In this document: positions 11,555 through 22,500 of the stretch, piece after piece
Numbering within the stretch: position 1 is the stretch's first letter
How the letters are laid out: each line of letters opens with the position of its first letter
NCBI RefSeq assembly: GCF_963921235.1
Contig: NC_086109.1
Span: 8,806,001-8,870,000 of the forward strand
Direction: 5' to 3'
Source of the DNA: Mobula hypostoma
Taxonomy: Eukaryota
Length of the DNA: 64,000 nt
The notes under the pieces: generated by a model
Databases searched by the model: none
The model's input: the letters and a program-made list of their open reading frames with translations, nothing else
What the model was told of the DNA's origin: nothing
Position numbers and translations under genes: made by a program

Positions 11555-12007
11555 AGACAGAAGAAAATATATCTCATTTGTAAATTGGAAACATACTAGA
11601 TGATTCAAGTTGTCCATTGTGATATCAGATATCCATGAATGAAATTATTCCAAAGGTACTTCCTGCCAGTGTTTCTCGTCAGTTTATCAGGAGCCAGCCA
11701 CCTCAGCCATCTGTCCAAACTTGAATGTTGAGATTAGTTGCTTTCTGCACAGTGAATTGATGATTTCCTGAAATCTGGGTGAATCTAGATAAAATGCACA
11801 GAATTCTGTGCCAGCAGGAACCCTTTCTTGACCAGCGGCCAGATGACTGATCCTTTCTATCACCAAGCCTTTCCCCCTCTATCAGTTAATGTGTTTTTTC
11901 AGACTTTCCTGCGCATAGAATAGAGTAAGATTCCTTTGTGAGGTGAATCAATCAGTGCGAGGAAAGGCCATTCAGCCTATACATGTCCATGCTGACCAAG
12001 ATGCATA

Positions 12008-12564
12008 CACTGAGGTATGCGCCCTCCCCGCCTAATAAAGTGGCCACTGGGTGCATGTCCGTGGTCTTCTGCTGCAGCGACCCATCCTCTTCAAAGTTTG
12101 ACGTGCTGTGCGTTCAGAGATGCTCTTCTGCACACCACTGTTGTAACACCTGCTCATTGAGTTCCTGTCACCTTCCTGTCAGCTGGAACCAGTCTGGTCA
12201 TTCTCCTCTGACCTCTCTCATTGATAAGGCATTTTCACCCACAGAACAGCCCCCACTGGATATATTTTTCGTTTTTCTCACCGTTCTCTGTAAACTCTAG
12301 AGACTGTTGTGAAGGAAGTTCCCAGGAGATCAGTAATAGCTGAGATACTCTAACCACTCCGCTGGCGCCAACAATCACTCCACGGTCAAAGTCACCCCGA
12401 TCACATTCCTTCCCCTTTCTGATGTTTGGCCCGAACAACAACTGAACCTCTTGACCATGTCTGCATGCTTTTATGCACTGAGTTGCTGCCACATGATTGG
12501 CTGATTAGATAATTGCATTAACAAGTAAGTGTGTAGGTGTACCTAATAAAGTGACCACTGGGTA
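12008..12564 (-). mobile_element. Internally deleted Tc1-like transposon; other copies 24397-24665 (+, partial) and 43606-44118 (+)
   Basis: TIR CACTCAGTGGCCACTTTATTAGG next to TA; transposase N-terminal remnant (CDxxDFDRGxIVGA...GLSISxTADLLGFS). Confidence 0.75.
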
Positions 12565-15336
12565 TATTCAAGCCATCCCCATTTCCCAGCACCTGTCCCA
12601 CATCTCTCTACACCAACCTTTCTTCATGCCGTGGACCAATACCATAAAGCAAGGGACCCGTGGACCCAAGGTTGGGAAGCTCTGTTCTGAACTCCTCCCA
12701 TTCACAGACTTCTTCAATGTAGCAAGCATACCTGCCTCTACCTCTTCCTTTGGCAATCGGATCCAAATATCCACCATCCACTGTGTCCCTCCGGCTGGAA
12801 TTGAAATCGGATTTGGATTGTTATTCTCTGATGTACTGAGATACAGTGAAAAGCATGCACAGTGTTCATACTGATCAAATCACTACACAGTGCATTCGGC
12901 TGGAACAGGGAAAACAATAAGATATTCAGAATCTGAATCAGGTTTAATATCACCAGCATGTCGTGAAATTTGGTGTCTTTGAAGCAGCAGTACAGTGCAA
13001 TATATTAATAATAGAAAAAATGTGAATTACAGTAACTATATATAAATATATTAAACAGTTAAATTAAGTTGTACAAAAATTTAAAAAAACAGTGAGGTTG
13101 TGTTCATGGGTTCAATGCCCGTTCAGAAATCTGATGGCAGAGAGAAAGAAGCTGTTACTGAATAGTTGAGTGTTTGTCTCAGGCACTTGAACCTCCTTCC
13201 TGATGGTGACAATGAGAAGAGGGCATGTCCTAGGTGATGGGGGTCCTTAATGATGGACACTGCCTTCTTGAGTCATCGCTCCTTGAAGATGTCCTGGATA
13301 CTACGGAGGCTGGTGCCCATGATGGAGCTGACTGAGTTTACAACTCTCTCACCTTATTTTGATCCTGTGCAGTGGCCCCACCCCTGCACCCCCCAGTACC
13401 AGGTGGTGGTGCAGCCAGTTAGAATGTTCTCCACAGTACATCTGTAGAAATTCGCAGGTGTCTTTGTTGGCATACCGAACCTCCTCGGACTCTGAACGAA
13501 ATAGAGTTGCTGTCATACCTTCTTTGGAGCTACGTCGATATGTTGGGTTGAGGATAGATCCTGGACCCAACGTGAAGAATAAAGAGTACCACCACAGAGA
13601 AAGTGCAGTGTGGGTAGATTGTAAGGTCAAGGCTCCATCTTCTCATACTAGAGAATCAGTAGAAGCTGTCCTTGAGGCTGCTGGTAAGTGCTTTCAGGCT
13701 TTTGTGTCTTCTGCTCGAGGGGAGAGGGGAGAAGAGAGAATGACCTGAGTGGGTGGGGTCTTTGATTATACTGACTGCTTTACTGTGCAGATCAGAAGGA
13801 CAGACAGGAGTACACGAAGGGAAAGTTGGTTTCCGTGATGTGCTGAGCTGTGTTCACAGCTCTCTGCAGTTTCCTGTGGTCTTAGGCAGAGGGGTTGCTG
13901 TACAAAGCCATGATGTATCCACATACAATGCTTTTTGTGGTGCATCTGTAAAAATGGGTGTGGGTCTTTACAAGACGGGCGGCCTCAACCATTATCAATA
14001 CTCTTCAGAGATTGTCTGCCTGGCGTCAGTGGGTTGTGACATGCACCAGCTGCTCGTACGACCATCCACCACCTGATCGGAGGGCTAAGCAGGTGCTACT
14101 CCTTGCCCAAGGGTGACCTGCAGGCTAGCGGTGGGAAGGAGCACCTCACACCTCCTCTGCTAGAGATGTATGTCCACCCCACCACCCAAGTTTCAAAGTG
14201 CATGTAACAAATAAAGCTAATCTTTATTACAACTGAAGAAACAACTGACCAAATAGTTTTGTCATTCACTCTCCAGTCTGTTTCACAAACTTGCTTTCTA
14301 CTTTTGAAGTTGGAGGTACAAAGTGGTTGTTTTTCCAGGATTCGTTGTAACACATGGACCAATCTATCCTGTGGTTTCTATTGAGTAGATACAAGAATTA
14401 GATCTGATGGAAAAGATAGCCGAAGAGCCTGCTTGAGAGCAAATTATTAGGGACTGCCCTGAACTGTTAAAACTTTAAATTTAATAAACATTTTAATTAT
14501 AATAAGATTGCCTGGTATGGTAGCTTTTGTTGGCAAAATATTATTTTATTATTATTAATGTATTTTTTCCAATAGATTTGAGAAAATATTTGGCTGAATT
14601 CAATATGAAGGATTAAGAATTAACTTCATTCGCCATATACATTTCCACGTATTAGGAATTTATTGTGGTGTGTTGGTCAGAGCTCAGCATTCAACAAAAA
14701 AAGCAATATTCAGCAATTGTAAAGAATTGTATAAAAGATAAAGTCAGAATTTAAAACATGGATATGGAATAACATGTGCATAAGTAAATACCAGCATTTA
14801 CAATTTAAGCAGCATTATAAAAAGTGTTTTAAAATGTTTACAGTGCGTGCAGTGACAGCAGTAATAGACAGAAGAGAGTGAGGGGTTGATCAGACGAACT
14901 GCCTGAGGGAAGAAATTTTTAAGATGGCGTGAAGGTTTTGTTTTAATATAGCACCTTCCAGAAAGGAAGTTTTGGAAAAGCCCGTTTGCAGGGCAGGTAG
15001 CTTCTGCAATGATTTTTCCCACCTGCTTCTTCGACCTGGACACATGCAAATATTATATTATAATTGAGTATTATTATATTCTACTCAAATATTGTGTTGT
15101 CGATGGAGTTTATGCAGCAAAAGATAACTTGAAATTTAAAGTACGCCATTCAAAGGGAAAAGGGAAAATTAAAGGTGTATTTGAGGGAATATGCTTTTGT
15201 CAAGAGGACTGCTGCTATTTTCATGTTGAAAACTGTATTTTTAAAACATAGATTATCTGCATCATTTTTTTTCCAAAGCCACAGCTGATTAAGCCTATCG
15301 AAAGTACTCCTCGAGACAGACTGGTTGTGTTCAGTT

Positions 15337-15428
15337 CATTAGGTTAGCTAAAATAGTTCAGTTAGGTTAGCTAAAAACTTCTGTTAGGTTAGCTAAGTTA
15401 CTTCAGTAAGGTTAGCTAAAAACTTCTG
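15337..15428. repeat. 4 x ~22-bp tandem repeat containing the palindrome TTAGCTAA
   Basis: AGGTTAGCTAA occurs four times at 22-23-bp spacing. Confidence 0.85.
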
Positions 15429-15442
15429 CTTAATCAGCCTTA

Positions 15443-15703
15443 CTAATATAAGACAAATAAATTAATGCATGTTTAGCATAACTTCTAAATGAATGTTACA
15501 TCACACTATCTCCACTAAAGAAGCCAATCTCATCTTTGATTAAGGATTCTAATCGTATCGACAAATTTCAGCATTAATGTGAAATTTATCTAATACTAGA
15601 CAAATAAATTAATGCATGTTTAGCATAACTTCAAAACCAATGTTACATCACACCATCTCCACTAAAGAAGCCAATCTCATCAAATTTGATTAAGGATTCT
15701 AAT
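15443..15703. repeat. ~110-bp direct duplication (15443-15553 / 15590-15703)
   Basis: Shared AGACAAATAAATTAATGCATGTTTAGCATAACTTC...CTCCACTAAAGAAGCCAATCTCATC...TTTGATTAAGGATTCTAAT. Confidence 0.9.
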
Positions 15704-17139
15704 TGCTCAAACTAAATATTTAGGATTTGGATCAAATAAAACCAATCTTTATTCCCATTCGTTGGTTTTTACTATTTTTCCCTTTAATTGTCGATTACTC
15801 TGGGCAGGCAGGCAAACGAACTCTCTAAGATCGATCACTACATTCACATTATTAGGAATATCAAACTTACCCAATTTACGTTCCAAATTAGTGCCTTCAA
15901 TAGTTCATTTAAACATTGTACATAAAGAACAATTTTGTTTCTTGCCACAACTGTAATAATTACTTGACTTTCTGAGGTGAAAGCTGAAGAATCAATTCCA
16001 TTCTTTAGAAAGCTCCAGTGAAAGCAAATATTGTAAATTTTTTGCTACATTATAAATCCAGTTATTCAGCTTCTTGGCGAATAAGGAACATTCTATTTTA
16101 TTATCCTCTCTGCGACAATTTTATACCTAAAATGGATAATCTAAAATTCTTCAATTTTTTTCATTTGTTCTCCTAAAATTCAAACTTAGTATCAGTCCCA
16201 AAGTTGAAAAATATTGTCATAATTTATTTCAAAAACAGGAACACGACATGATCAAATTGAGTTTATAATTAGTTCCAATATCTTGACTGAGAAAGATTTT
16301 TAAGTTTGTTACCTTTCTATTTAAATGTACAAATAATACAATTTTTAAAAATACTTTGCAGAGTATTTATTTGTTAGCCACAATGTTCGATTTAAGTTTC
16401 TAATTTACTAAGTATGTATTAATTATAATTTCACTGTTGGCATATGTTAAATGTGATACTTTGATCTCTTGGAGAAAGTAGAAACAACATCCTTTACAAT
16501 AAAACTTATTTTAAGGAAAAATCAACACATTTACATTATTGTAATGCTTACAATTAACTTTGAAGAATTGGTTCAAATTTTAACAAAATCTGTAAGACTG
16601 TGCTTTTTTCTTATAATTGGACAGGAGAAAATTCTTCCAGCTTTTGCTACCAATATATCATTAGCCTGCAAGAAGTTATTAACACTCTACATGTTAACAT
16701 TCAACTGTGGAAAGAAAAAAAAACTCGAGCTGATTTTGATCGACTTTCAACAAGAAAATTATGCAATAATTTGAACTTTATTAAATATATATTTTCTTAC
16801 GAATCCTCCTAGCTGATTTAGCTGCACTTGAACCTAACGTGTAAAGCAAAACACGGGAGATAGTAAGTCTTCACGGTAGTAGTAAAAGTTATATATTATT
16901 TTAGTAACTGTACTTTCAATACCGACTGCAGATAGACGTTATCTTATGCAACCTTGTTAATGTGCATAAGCCTGCTTTGAATGCAAACCCCTACCAGCTT
17001 CTGACCCTATGAATCCGACACTCAAACTATTTCTCTGCTTACAAGAAATAATTAACGTTTTGCCAATGAAACCTTGTCTTTATGTAAGTGAGTGGGGAAC
17101 TTAGTTTGAGAAGTGTGCGCATGTATTTGAAGTAAATGT

Positions 17140-17757
17140 TGACTCAATAATGGATTTGCAAATAGTAAGGGTAAAGTTAACGGGGAAATTCCTGACTCAA
17201 ATAGGTAGTTGCAAGGAAGAGGAATGTTGCAGCCGGTGCAGTTGCTGACTCAATGGTATATGTGCAAACATAAAGAAGAAAACAGGAGGAATATTAGCGG
17301 GCAGCCAGGGGCGGGACCGCAGACAGATGCCAAGGTGCGCGCGTTAACACTTTGCACCGATCCCCATTCGTGCGGCAGCCCAGCGCGGCACGTGCTCGCC
17401 AGTCGCGGCCGGAGCGCGGCCTGGCGGTGACGTCAGGCGCACGCCGATTGGCTGGCGGCTCCCGGAGCGCCGTGTATCCAATTGCAGCGTCCCGCGGTTG
17501 GCCGGGAGGAGGGAGCGAGGAGGTTGGGGGGTGGGGGGGAGGGAGGGGGGGTTTGGTGGACGTCAGGGTTGCTGGGTGACGGCTGCGCGAGGGCGTTGCG
17601 CCGCCCACCCCTCCCCTCCCCTCCCCTCCCCTCCCCTCCCTTTCCCCGGGCTCCTGTCAATCAAGCGAGGAGGACAGCCTTGCCGGCGGTCTGCGTGCAG
17701 AGGGAGCTCCCAGTGAACTCAAACGCACATACATACATATACCCAGCTCTCACAGAC
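17140..17757 (+). promoter_or_regulatory. CpG-rich promoter and 5' UTR of the cyclin D gene, no obvious TATA box
   Basis: AP-1 TGACTCA at 17140, 17193, 17246; kB-type GGGAAATTCC 17183-17192; GC box 17309-17314; E-box CACGTG 17389-17394; palindromic CRE TGACGTCA 17428-17435; CCAAT 17447-17451 (rev) and 17478-17482; GGACGTCA 17558-17565. TSS not determinable. Confidence 0.8.
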
Positions 17758-17955
17758 ATGGAGCTGCTCTGCATGGAGACTACCCCCAAAATCCAGCGAG
17801 CCTTCCCCGACCATACCCTCCTCAACGACCATCGCGTCCTCCAAAACCTCCTGCTCACCGAGGACAGATACATCCCCAGGATTTCTTATTTCGAATGTGT
17901 CCAGAAAGAAATCAAACCATATATGAGAAAAATGGTATCATATTGGATGCTGGAG
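17758..17955 (+). CDS. ccnd3: G1/S cyclin D (probably D3), coding exon 1
   Basis: MELLCME (LxCxE)...[39 protein letters not shown]; Kozak GACATGG; 198 nt; donor GAG/GTAAAG. Cyclin D is certain, paralog less so. Confidence 0.9.
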
Positions 17956-18999
17956 GTAAAGAGGAATGTTATGCTGCATCAGTGTCCTATATGCATCAAT
18001 ATTAACGTGTAATTATTGTAAGAGCGTTGCAAAAGTACTTGCGGAGGGTTGCAAGGGGGTGCATATCGGTGTCATGCATTTAATTTTATTTTTTTCAAAG
18101 TTATTTTTAAAAATTTGCTTCTGAATGCATGTTGGGAATGGCTCCGCTTTTCAGTAACGACTGCGTGCATGTTTAGGAAGCGTTTGCAAGTGCAAACAAT
18201 TTCTCAGGATCGAATGCGAAATTATGCTGAATTTTTAAAGTATTTTTTCCAAAATTTATAGGAACTTATGATGGCTGATAAACAACATGCTGTCGCCATG
18301 TTGACTCGACTTCAAAAACTTTTTTGCTTTTCTCGATTGCGTCTATGAAGCGTCGCTTCGCTTTATTATTACGAAAAGCTTGCGATTAATGTGTTATTAA
18401 TGTATATTAAAAGTTTGTTGGACGTTTTCTGTCTCTGAAACTGTCCTTTGGATTGTGTCTGCCGTATCTTAACCCCTGGGCTCTTCATGGTTGGTGCAGA
18501 GAGCGAGTTAGTCAGACCACCCAAAATTCTGACATTATACCTTAAATTTTCTCCGTTTAGGAAAGTCATTAATTGTCACTTTCTGACCCCAACCAAACTT
18601 CAAGATTTCTTGTTTATTTACATGTGAAAATGATCGCTGTCCGTGCAATTATGTAATTTTCACGATTTTTTGAAACTTTATTTCGAACAAAAGGTAACTG
18701 CTGGCAGCCACGCGTTATTTTTTTATTTAATTTAATTTTAATATTTTTAAAAATACGCAATCGCCCGGAGTCGAAGGAGACTACTGTGCATGAATGTTAA
18801 ATCGTGCAAAAAATGTGAATTTAATGCAGATTGTTGCATGTACAGAAGGTCGGGGGGGGAAGTGATGTTTTTTTTTGACCGGTTTTACAAATTGTTGGGG
18901 TGAGTTACATTTGCAAAAGTTAACTGTGTGCATATAACATCGTGAGAAGGTCGTTTTAAGTGATGACCCCACTTTTATCGTCGTCTTTGCATATTTTAG

Positions 19000-19215
19000 G
19001 TTTGCGAAGAGCAGAAATGCGAAGAGGAAGTCTTTCTGTTGGCCGTGAATTATCTGGATAGATTTCTGTCTTCGGTTCCCACTCGAAAATGTCACCTCCA
19101 GCTGCTAGGGGCAGTCTGCATGTTTTTAGCGTCAAAACTGAAAGAGACGATCCCGCTGACAGCTGAGAAACTCTGTATTTACACAGACAATTCAGTCACC
19201 CCTGAAGACCTCCTG
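19000..19215 (+). CDS. ccnd3: Cyclin D coding exon 2 (cyclin box)
   Basis: tttag/ [72 protein letters not shown] /gtaaat; 216 nt, phase 0. Confidence 0.9.
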
Positions 19216-19532
19216 GTAAATTCACCAATATTTCAGCCTTTTGACGTATTTTTTTTTCTTTGCACTTTCAAGAGACGAAATTCTATTGCATTGCCGTGTT
19301 TGGGGGCTAGACCGGGTCAAAGAGATTTCTTTTCTAAACGTTTTGCTCTCTCAAACTTTTTTTTCCGCGTTCAGATGCACAGGAACTGCGAGTGTTTAAC
19401 TCGGATGTCAGAGGTGGAAAGTCCTCCGAGAGGAAAGAAAAGGAGATTTAATATAGGTTGAGTAATTAGAGCTGGGATGATTGCAGTTATCGATCACAAC
19501 CGTGCAATTTCACGCCCGTGACTTGGCGTTTG

Positions 19533-19546
19533 GTGCCATCTAGTGC
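19533..19546 (-). promoter_or_regulatory. Candidate CTCF site
   Basis: Minus strand GCACTAGATGGCAC vs core CCACYAGRKGGCRS (one mismatch), in CpG-retaining unique sequence. Confidence 0.5.
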
Positions 19547-22500
19547 GCGATTGCAAAGCTCCCGGAGTGCCGATAAGTGCTCTCTGCGCACTGCGCTTCA
19601 GACTTTGCAATTAATACTTTATTTTATCCTTATTCCTTAACAGTGAAAGCTAATCCATTCAGTGTCCATTGAATATTGAACCAAATATTCACCTTTTATA
19701 ATGCAATTATTTTAGTACACGATATGACCAAACTCTTGTTTCAGATTAAGTATTTAGTTCGAGGTTTATCTGGTCATGCATATTTTAGTGTAAGGAATGG
19801 TAAAAATTACTTGGTATATTCCAATTTGAGGCAATCACTCTGAGTATGATTTGACTTTTTTTTAGAGGATTCAGAGAATATATTAGAATGGGATTTTTTT
19901 TTGTTTGTTTGTTTAATCTGTCTGGGGATTGCATTCTTAAAAGTTAACCAAGCAACTCTGCATGGTTGCATAGGGTTTGATTGCCCACAGTGGCCATTCT
20001 GAGCTCCTGCTTGCAAACCATTTCAGCAACCTCCCCCCACCCCCTCAGTCTTTCCGGCGCCAACCTGTCTGCCCCTCTGCCAGGGTGAGGCCAGAGGAAT
20101 TGCCCCTTGTACTCCATTTGGGTAGTCTCCAACTTTGAATGCTGGGCTGTGGATTACCCAGGTGGAAGATGGGGAACCATTCGTCTGGTCTATATCTGGC
20201 CTCAGACTGGCCAAGGGCAGGCAAGTCGGTGTGGGAGTGAGGGAGGGTGGGGTGCTAAAATGATCTGCAAGTGGGAACTCAAGGTGACCATTGTGAACAA
20301 GCAGACTCTGCTGCCACGCAAAGATGTTCATTAATGTAATCCCCAAACACATTAAACTAAAAAAAAATGTTCTTTGGATCCAGTGGACTGTATAAATTTT
20401 AATTGCTAAAAGCCAAATTGTACTCAGTAATCACCTCAAATTGAAATGAACTTAAGGCAATTAGTTCCCCTCAAAGTGATCTACCAAGACCCTATTGAAT
20501 GCCTCCTTTTTTCCCCCAAACCACCCATCTCCTGACCTCCCTCCCCCCCATTAGTCAGTTCCTCCCCCCCCACCTGAGTCCACGTGCCCATCACCCACAC
20601 GCTCAATTCTCTGTCTCCCCTTCCTGTTCACATCTGCCCACCATCTCTCCCAAATGGTCTGATTCTTCGCACCACCTGCCTGTCCAATCAGCTCCCTCAA
20701 TCTGCAGCCAAAGCATCACCTCCACCTACCACCTCCCAGCCTCGGTCACTATCTCCACCCACTTCCTCCCTCCCAGCTGACTCCACCTGCCAATCAGGCC
20801 CCTCCTGACCTGGATCCACCAATCGTTTGCCAGTTCCTGACTAACCCTGCCTCCTCCCCCCCCCAACTTGTTATATTGGCTCCTCCTCCTTCACACTCTT
20901 GGCCCTGGGATAGATGGGGACCCAAAGCGTTAGGAGCTTCTGCCTCTGCAGATGCTGCCTGACCTTTTGAGCTGTTCCAGCTACTTATTATTTACTGTCT
21001 GGATCAGCGTCCAGCGTACTATTGGTGGTTTCTGGGTCAGAAGCCCTATGCAGATCGTTTCATTGTCAAGTGTCCTTCAGAGCAGAATGTTCTTGCTGCT
21101 TTCCATCTTTTTAAAATGCTTGTTTTTTTTTGTGGGGGGCAAGGACAGCTCCCCTTCAGCCCACCAGGTCTTTACCAAACGTGATGCCACATGAAACTAA
21201 ATCCCTTCTGTCTGCACATGGTCCATTCCCTTCCATATTCTTGTGCCGATCTAAAAGCCCGTTGAAATGCTCACAAAATGCTGGACAAACTCAGCAGGTC
21301 AAAGGTTGGGAAGCCCCACCATAGATGCAGCCTGACCTGCTGAATTCCTCCAGCATTTTGTGAGTGTTAAGCAGTGTTCAAGGGTCTTTTAGATCAGCAC
21401 ACGAGTTCAACAGGTCAGGCAGCATCTTTGGCGGGGGTCCCCAACCTCTTTTTTTTTAAATACCATTAAGTAAGGGGTCCATGGACCCTAGGTTGGGATC
21501 CCCTGACTGATGTTTTGGGCCAAGACCCTTCAACAGTAACATCAGGGTCAGCCTGAAATGCTGACTGTTAACTCCCCTCCATTGATACTGCCTGAGTTCC
21601 TCTGGCATTTTGTGTGTATTGCTCTTGATTTCCAGCATTTCCTGTTTATCTGTTTTGAGGACCACCAGCAGTGTGTCCCAAATTCTCATCACACTCTAAT
21701 CCAAAAAAAAACCTTGACCCACATATCTCTTAAACTTCCCTGCGCTCACATTTAAACTTAACCCCTCTATTCACCATTTCTGCTCCGGGGAAGAAACATT
21801 CTAACTCTGTGCTTGGCATAATTTCGTGATCTTCTCTTGGGTCTCCCCTCAGCCTTTACTCCAGAGAAGACCTCTCTACTACTTGTCTGAGTTGCGGTTC
21901 TGACACAGTACAAGCAGTTTGTGGAGCAACAACCAATCTGCCGGTGGAACCCAGCAGGTCGTGCAGCATCTGTGGGGAGGGAAGGGTTTGCTGACACTTC
22001 TGGTCGAAGCCCTGCCTCATAGCTGACGAAACGCTGGCAAGTTGGTGGGTGTGAAATTTGATGGCAGTGTTTGAGAGAAGTGCGTGGATGGCTCGGGGAG
22101 AGGGGGATGCGATGCTTCCGATGTTTGAGTTTCGACCTGAATGGTCAGCAGTTTCCTCTTCTACCACAGATGCTGCCCGACCTGCTGAGTTCCTCCAGCA
22201 TGTCATTTGCTGCTCCAGATTCCAGAATCTGCAGTCCCTGCAAGATACTTCTGGTTTCCTTTGGAGCAGTTTTAAAACTCCGATACAACCGAAGGTGCTA
22301 GAACTCCAGAGCAACACACACAAAGTGGCACAACAGGCTACAGTACAGGCGACCCGAGTTCAGTTCCCGCCACTGCCCGCAAGGAGTTTGTACGTTTTCC
22401 CCATGGCTGCTTGGATATCCTCCAGGTACTCTGGTTTCCTCCCACAGTCCAAAGACCTACTGGTTGGTAGGTTAATTTGATGTTGTAAATTGTCCCTTGA

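Noticed and set aside
15451..15598. 147-bp offset of the duplication as a nucleosome-length signal
   Set aside because: Only two copies; coincidence cannot be excluded
15720..16860. AT-rich block as a hidden gene or transposase
   Set aside because: Only short ORFs with no recognisable motifs
17482..17757. 92-codon in-frame N-terminal extension from TTG
   Set aside because: GC-rich low-complexity sequence lacks stops by chance; the ATG at 17758 has good Kozak context and gives the canonical MELLC start
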